A stretch of DNA of 53,556 nucleotides from Candidatus Firestoneibacteriota bacterium (lineage in GTDB: Bacteria; Oederibacteriota; D2-FULL-39-29; JBDRBU01), in contig JBDRBU010000123.1 of the NCBI GenBank assembly GCA_043822305.1, positions 1 to 53,556 of the forward strand, read 5' to 3'. Positions 48,786-53,556 of the stretch are shown piece after piece; position 1 is the first letter of the stretch, and the number at the start of each line of letters is the position of its first letter. Made by a program: the position numbers and the translations under genes. The notes beneath the pieces were generated by a model. It ran no database searches, was not told where the DNA came from, and saw nothing but the letters and a program-made list of their open reading frames with translations.

Positions 48786-48803
48786 TCCGCTCTTTAGAGC
48801 GGA
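48786..48803 (+). terminator. Hairpin after tRNA (terminator or REP-like)
   Basis: TCCGCTC-TTTA-GAGCGGA perfect stem with no clear U-tract. Confidence 0.35.
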
Positions 48804-48811
48804 TGACCCAC

Positions 48812-48839
48812 TTGACAAATCTAAAAAAAGTGTTATAAT
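48812..48839 (+). promoter_or_regulatory. Consensus sigma70 promoter of the pilin cluster
   Basis: TTGACA, 16 bp spacer, TATAAT, with TG extended -10. Confidence 0.75.
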
Positions 48840-48856
48840 TATAAGGGGTAATAATT

Positions 48857-50245
48857 ATGAATAAAGAAAAAGGATTCACATTAATTGAAATTATAGTAAC
48901 AATGTTTGTTTTGGCAATTATAATGCTTGCTGCTGTTCAAGCATTTTTTCATTTTTTTAAAGTTAATTTATTAACGAACGAACGTGCCATAAAATCTGTA
49001 ATTGCTACAGAAAGAGTAGAAGAATGGAAATCAGTTAGAGGAGAAAATTTTGCTCCAGGAGTTCAATTCCCTGTATATTCACCAACAGTTGCTAATGGAA
49101 TTATTACTTTTTCAAGAACTCTTGTTCCCATACCTGCGATTACGCAATTAGAGTTTGATTGCACAACTAATACAGTCACAACTCAGAATGCTGGGTATAG
49201 TTATTCTTTAATTCAAGGTAGTTATGGTAATCCTGGTGCAGGAAGTTTAATTAATTGTTGGGCTCATCCATTAACTCGCAATCCTCCAGATGATGCTACA
49301 CCGGGTAATGTGATTTTTAGTGTTACCTGTCCAGCAGGGACAAGTGGAACATTAGAGATGAGATTAATTGATTATATGACCAGATTAAGAACCGAAAGAG
49401 TTATAGTTAATAATCTTGTTAAAGGGAGTTATACTTCAACAGAGTTAGTGCCTCCAAATGGTAAACTTGTAAGTATTCCTTTAACAAGTGTTGATACAAG
49501 TACAGGTAATTTAACCATAGAAGTAGAGCAAACAGGTGCTATAAATGTTACTACTACTATTGTTGATGAATGTTTTTCTTCTGCATCTTCCTGGTCTATA
49601 TATCCTTCAAGTGTTAAAAGGAATAATATAACTACACCATTTACACCACTCCCTTATACAGAGACAGATACAAAATGTATGAGTATTAGTTCAGTAGGTT
49701 CTTCAGGTCAATATGTTAGAAGGTCATTAAATACTTCAGCAGGCGCTATAGGAGATTCTATTATTATGTGGGTTTATCTGGGCGATAATAATGTAAAAAG
49801 TTGGTTCACTACACCAGCAGGTAGTTCTAATACAGTGAATAATTTTGCTCTTGGTTGGCAGAAATTAACCAAAGTAATTGCAGTTGCATCAGAAAGAAGT
49901 TCATCTACTGGTATAACTATTAAATTTGAGAAAATTACAACTCCAAATACTTCTGATATTTTGTATGTTAATCAGATTGCAACAGAAAAATCGTTTGGTG
50001 TTAATCCAAATGCTGTCCTATCTAATTTTACATTAAAAACATTTATAGGTTTTACTGACCCTGATTCAACAGCAGGTGCACCAATTCCTCCACCCGGTTC
50101 ACATTATCCTTATATTATAACTAGCACGGTGGTGCCAACAGATAGTATTGCCGGAGCTGCTTTAGGCTGGCTTGTAACAGTTACTGTCAGCAAGCAAAAT
50201 GATAAGTTTCAACCAGTCACGATAAGTAATACTATTAATAGGTGA
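48857..50245 (+). CDS. Large type IV minor pilin/pseudopilin (PilV/GspI-like position) with large inserted beta domain
   Basis: Class III signal KKG|FTLIE followed by a hydrophobic helix. Confidence 0.85.
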   Translation: MNKEKGFTLIEIIVTMFVLAIIMLAAVQAFFHFFKVNLLTNERAIKSVIATERVEEWKSVRGENFAPGVQFPVYSPTVANGIITFSRTLVPIPAITQLEFDCTTNTVTTQNAGYSYSLIQGSYGNPGAGSLINCWAHPLTRNPPDDATPGNVIFSVTCPAGTSGTLEMRLIDYMTRLRTERVIVNNLVKGSYTSTELVPPNGKLVSIPLTSVDTSTGNLTIEVEQTGAINVTTTIVDECFSSASSWSIYPSSVKRNNITTPFTPLPYTETDTKCMSISSVGSSGQYVRRSLNTSAGAIGDSIIMWVYLGDNNVKSWFTTPAGSSNTVNNFALGWQKLTKVIAVASERSSSTGITIKFEKITTPNTSDILYVNQIATEKSFGVNPNAVLSNFTLKTFIGFTDPDSTAGAPIPPPGSHYPYIITSTVVPTDSIAGAALGWLVTVTVSKQNDKFQPVTISNTINR

Positions 50246-50250
50246 AGCCA

Positions 50251-50277
50251 GTAGCGTCCCATTTTATATGGGACGAT
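50251..50277 (+). repeat. GTAG REP-like hairpin class 2
   Basis: GTAGCGTCCCATTTTATATGGGACGAT, inverse of 4794-4820. Confidence 0.75.
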
Positions 50278-50329
50278 GTAATTGATGCGTCTGTATAAAA
50301 CAGGATGCTACAGAGAAAAAGGAAAAAAA

Positions 50330-50965
50330 ATGATTTCTTATAATAATAAAGGTTACACTTTAGTAGAAATGATGGTATCTATTGCTGTCCTGGGCATGAT
50401 GGGAACAATCGTTTCTGTTTTTTATCTTCAAATATATAAGTCGTATTCAAAGACCGATGCTAAGACAAAAGTTACACAAATCGCTATCGCCAGTTTAAGC
50501 AGTGTCCAAAAACAATTAAGAGAAATTGCTCAACAGCCAACATTTACTCCAAATACTACTCTTCATCCTACTGCGGTAGTTCCAGTGAGTTTTTATATAC
50601 CTTCTTTAACAGACCCTACAACCAGGAGTTCGGATGATAAGATAGATTATTATTTAGGAACTTATAGTGGAAAGAATGTTTTTTTACAAAAACTAACCAG
50701 AGGGGCTGTTCAATATACTGCTTTTCCTGTAACATTTGATTTTGATAGTTTTCGTGCCCATCCTGATACTGTTCCTAGAAGTGGCGGTATTTCTGCATTT
50801 TTAAATGACCCAACTTTAAAATTTGATGATGTATCATTTTATTATGATAATACTTACAATATGATTTGTGTTGGAATTATAGTTTCAATAGCGGATAAGG
50901 GTAAAAGTGGTACAAGGGAAAGTTTAACATTAACCTCAGCCATAGCCATAAGAAACACATTTTAA
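50330..50965 (+). CDS. Type IV minor pilin/pseudopilin (PilW/GspJ-like)
   Basis: NKG|YTLVE prepilin motif when started at ATG 50330. Confidence 0.85.
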   Translation: MISYNNKGYTLVEMMVSIAVLGMMGTIVSVFYLQIYKSYSKTDAKTKVTQIAIASLSSVQKQLREIAQQPTFTPNTTLHPTAVVPVSFYIPSLTDPTTRSSDDKIDYYLGTYSGKNVFLQKLTRGAVQYTAFPVTFDFDSFRAHPDTVPRSGGISAFLNDPTLKFDDVSFYYDNTYNMICVGIIVSIADKGKSGTRESLTLTSAIAIRNTF

Positions 50966-50979
50966 AAAAGTTTAACTTA

Positions 50980-51016
50980 ACAACCCCCTAACCCCCTTTA
51001 TTAAGGGGGAATTAAA
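50980..51016 (+). repeat. C/G-run hairpin repeat copy
   Basis: ACAACCCCCTAACCCCCTTTATTAAGGGGGAATTAAA. Confidence 0.85.
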
Positions 51017-51026
51017 GAGGAGAAAG

Positions 51027-52616
51027 ATGAGAAGTATTAATTTACAAACTGGACAATCTACTTTTATAATGGTTGGGATAATATTTCTAATAACTATTAT
51101 AATGATAGGGGTTTATTTTACTGTAAGCCAGGTTAATATAACTACTTCTGGAAGTCATAAAGCTCAGCAGATAGCTATTGAAGCCACAGACGCAGCCGTA
51201 AATCAAATGATCAGTGATATTGTAAATCGACAGATAAATGTTTTTGGTACAACATTACCGATAACCGAAAATTATCCAGTAACAGTTTCATCAACAACAT
51301 TAATAGTTCCTGTAACTTTAGATTTATTAAGAGACGCAATGCATCAGCCAGTCTTAGATTTAGAAGGTAATAATAGATATGTATTAGATGCTATTGCCTC
51401 TCCGATTATGGCATATGGTGCTAAAGGTACAACATCAATTACAAGACATGTTCAAGCAAATGTTTCAATAGTTAATTTAGCCAGATATAATGCTTTTACA
51501 ATTTCTAATGATATGTGGGCATCTTCTGGTGGAACATTTGATGGACCATATCATTGTAATTCTTATTTAGAAATTGGTGGAACTATGTACTGGAATTCAA
51601 GTACTTTATCTGGTGGAGGTGCAAATCCATTTTGGTCAGATACTTATGTTACTATGGCAGCAAATGATATAAGGCAGTTAGGTGGATGGTCTGCTCCTAC
51701 TTTTCGTACACAGGTGGCAAAATTCGGAAGACTAACTACATATGCTGGTTTTGATATATGCACAACAACAAGCAGACTACTAGGAACCTGGTTTGATAGA
51801 CAACGAGGAGGGATGGTAGTAACAATCCGACCTATTCCATATTCTGCTTATTATAATTATTCTCAGGTTATTCTGCAGAAAAGTTTACTTCCCTGGTTCA
51901 GGTTAAATGGAACGGATGTTTCTTGTGGAGTATCAAGTAATTTGATAATAGATGTAGGAGTTACGGGAATTACAAATGCTCATATAAAGGTGAATCTTAA
52001 TGCTTTTGGAACAGGGAGTACCGATGATGTATTTCAAGGTGCAACTAATTACAATAATGCCTTAGCCAGTACTTACGGAATTGTAATTTATTCTATTGAT
52101 GATGTAGCGGTTTATGGAAGATTACCTACGGCTGTTAATAATACAAATAAAAAAATTATGATAGTTTCACAAAAAAGTATTGAACTCATTGGTGATATTA
52201 TGTATTCAGGTGATATTTATACAACGGGGAGTGCTACTTATAATCCATCATTGCCTGTTCCAGTTCCTGCTACCAGTAATCCAACAAATGATGCCATTGC
52301 TTTAATTTGTACAGATAATATATATGTTAATCCCTGGAGAAAAGTAAATACATCTTTTTTTAAAAATAGTAATGATATGAAAATATCTGGATTTCTTTAT
52401 GGATATTCCGGATGTCTTTGTGGAGGTGGACGTTCTTATAAGTCTGGAGGGAGTTCCAGTATAACACAGTTTACTACTTTTGGAGGTCAGACATTTAATA
52501 CAGGTGGATATGTCCCTGGAAATTTTAATGTAGGATACGACGCATTACTTAATCTGAATATTTCAAGACTCGTCCCGGTTGGTGTTGGTGTTATTTCCTG
52601 GATGGAAATAAAATAA
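51027..52616 (+). CDS. PilX/GspK-like large minor pilin
   Basis: TG|QSTFI hydrophobic N-terminus lacking E5, A...A..A.DAA PilX-like helix, C-terminal SWMEI, third gene of the pilin trio. Confidence 0.7.
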   Translation: MRSINLQTGQSTFIMVGIIFLITIIMIGVYFTVSQVNITTSGSHKAQQIAIEATDAAVNQMISDIVNRQINVFGTTLPITENYPVTVSSTTLIVPVTLDLLRDAMHQPVLDLEGNNRYVLDAIASPIMAYGAKGTTSITRHVQANVSIVNLARYNAFTISNDMWASSGGTFDGPYHCNSYLEIGGTMYWNSSTLSGGGANPFWSDTYVTMAANDIRQLGGWSAPTFRTQVAKFGRLTTYAGFDICTTTSRLLGTWFDRQRGGMVVTIRPIPYSAYYNYSQVILQKSLLPWFRLNGTDVSCGVSSNLIIDVGVTGITNAHIKVNLNAFGTGSTDDVFQGATNYNNALASTYGIVIYSIDDVAVYGRLPTAVNNTNKKIMIVSQKSIELIGDIMYSGDIYTTGSATYNPSLPVPVPATSNPTNDAIALICTDNIYVNPWRKVNTSFFKNSNDMKISGFLYGYSGCLCGGGRSYKSGGSSSITQFTTFGGQTFNTGGYVPGNFNVGYDALLNLNISRLVPVGVGVISWMEIK

Positions 52617-52661
52617 ACAATAGGGTCAAACCTTCATTATGGAAAGTTATATTTTGACCCC

Positions 52662-52979
52662 TTAATCGTAACCATATTTATTTACAACCTTCTGTTTAAC
52701 AATCTGAACTAAAAACAAATAAGTAATAATAATAATAGCAAGTGCAATAAAATATAAGATTGGTGGAGTTACAAAACCAAAATGTTTTCCCAGGGGAGTA
52801 AAAGGCAGAAATATTCCTACACTTATTATCATTAATGTAGTAAAAACTAAAAACTTACTTGGCCAGCTTTCAATAAATGGCTTTTTATTAGTGCGTATTA
52901 TATAAATAACAAGCGTTTGAGTGCATAAGGATTCTATGAACCAACCTGTATGAAAAAACTGAGCGTTTGCTTTAAAAAC
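52662..52979 (-). pseudogene. mgtA: 3' remnant (105 codons) of Mg2+-transporting P-type ATPase
   Basis: Hand translation VFKANAQFFHTGWFIESLCTQTLVIYIIRTNKKPFIESWPS...LPFTPLGKHFGF...KYGYD* matches the MgtA C-terminal pattern F.TGWF.ES..TQTL.I..IRT...PF. Cut at MITE end 52980. Confidence 0.8.
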
Positions 52980-53320
52980 GTAAATATTCAGTGGTTATGT
53001 TAAGGGATGAAAAAGGCTCTCTTTTGTAGGGTGTTTATCCGTTTTGATAATAGTAAAAAATAAAGAATGTAAGAGAAAAAAATTAGATCTTAACTTATTA
53101 AAAATTATTTTGTATAATTTATATGATGAGATGTGTATTATTGAAAAATTTTGTAAATATTCAGTCATTATGTTAAAAAATCAGTTTTTGAACGATTTTG
53201 ATTAAAAACATCACTGAAAAAACTCTATTTTTTAGAGTGAAATAACATAACCAGTGAGTATTTACAAAATTTTAGATAGGTTTCAATGAGTAGTTACCAA
53301 CATAATGAGTGAGTATTTAC
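52980..53320. mobile_element. Outer GTAA-ended MITE/IS remnant (no target duplication preserved)
   Basis: GTAAATATTCAGTGGTTATGTT ... AACATAATGAGTGAGTATTTAC. Confidence 0.65.
53153..53265. mobile_element. Inner nested GTAA-ended MITE (113 bp), 8-bp target duplication AAAATTTT
   Basis: GTAAATATTCAGTCATTATGTT ... AACATAACCAGTGAGTATTTAC. Direct repeats at 53145-53152 and 53266-53273. Confidence 0.75.
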
Positions 53321-53418
53321 CTCCACACTATTACACAATACTGTTATCCATCTATTATAACAAAAATAAAATCTAATAAAATCATTGCAAATATAATAAA
53401 AAACGTTTACAATACAAT

Positions 53419-53556
53419 CAGGCTGTTGAAATAGTCAAAATACTGTCTTGATAATAAGACTAAAATTTGGTATATTAAAATATAATTTATTAAAAATCAG
53501 GAGGGAAAAATAAATGGCACAATTTAGAATACCAAATCGTGACCAACTTATTATGT
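53419..53556 (+). mobile_element. Probable left end of an IS element (IS1182-like), with transposase N-terminus starting at ATG 53514 and running off the window
   Basis: CAGGCTGTTGAAA end-like motif, promoter TTGATA-17-TATATT, RBS AGGAGG, and MAQFRIPNRDQLIM resembling the F....R.Q N-terminus of IS1182 transposases. Only 14 codons are visible. Confidence 0.5.

Noticed and set aside
4855..51016. The ~37-bp C/G-run repeat as a CRISPR repeat
   Set aside because: Copies are kilobases apart, not arrayed with regular spacers, and no cas genes are present.

Overview
AT-rich (roughly 30% GC by eye) bacterial chromosome segment. Lipoprotein-processing genes, a predicted outer-membrane barrel, a bifurcating-type ETF and a corrinoid protein suggest an anaerobic diderm, and almost every gene is on the + strand. 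The housekeeping backbone is acpP-fabF-rnc, acyl-CoA dehydrogenase-etfB-etfA-nifU-ferredoxin, tilS, ftsH-folE-folP-cdaA-cdaR-pdxJ, ileS-lspA-lgt-rluD and tRNA-Leu(UAA). Accessory blocks: (i) a soluble coiled-coil histidine kinase next to a receiver-TM-beta-propeller fusion; (ii) a ~10.5 kb block between tilS and ftsH (E1a/E1b/E2 without E3, an SBBP surface protein, mtlD, srlD, two Zn-dehydrogenases, a divergent PHP protein); (iii) a T9SS-like cluster (FlgD-Ig protein, PorV-like barrel fused to FlgD-Ig, 1063-aa TPR protein, ExbB), with four FlgD-type C-terminal domains in the window overall; (iv) two tandem ~1040-aa Ig-repeat/double-GGDEF membrane proteins with an internal signal-peptide-like segment; (v) a minor-pilin trio after the tRNA, followed by an mgtA remnant cut at nested MITE ends and the start of a probable IS transposase. 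Intergenic regions carry several small-repeat families: a GTAA-ended MITE with clear 8-bp target duplications, a C/G-run hairpin repeat, and GTAG-led REP-like hairpins, some inside coding sequence. A 59-aa ferredoxin, the mgtA remnant and a +1 frameshift in an AAA gene are missing from the supplied ORF track. All calls come from motif recognition by eye; no searches were run.
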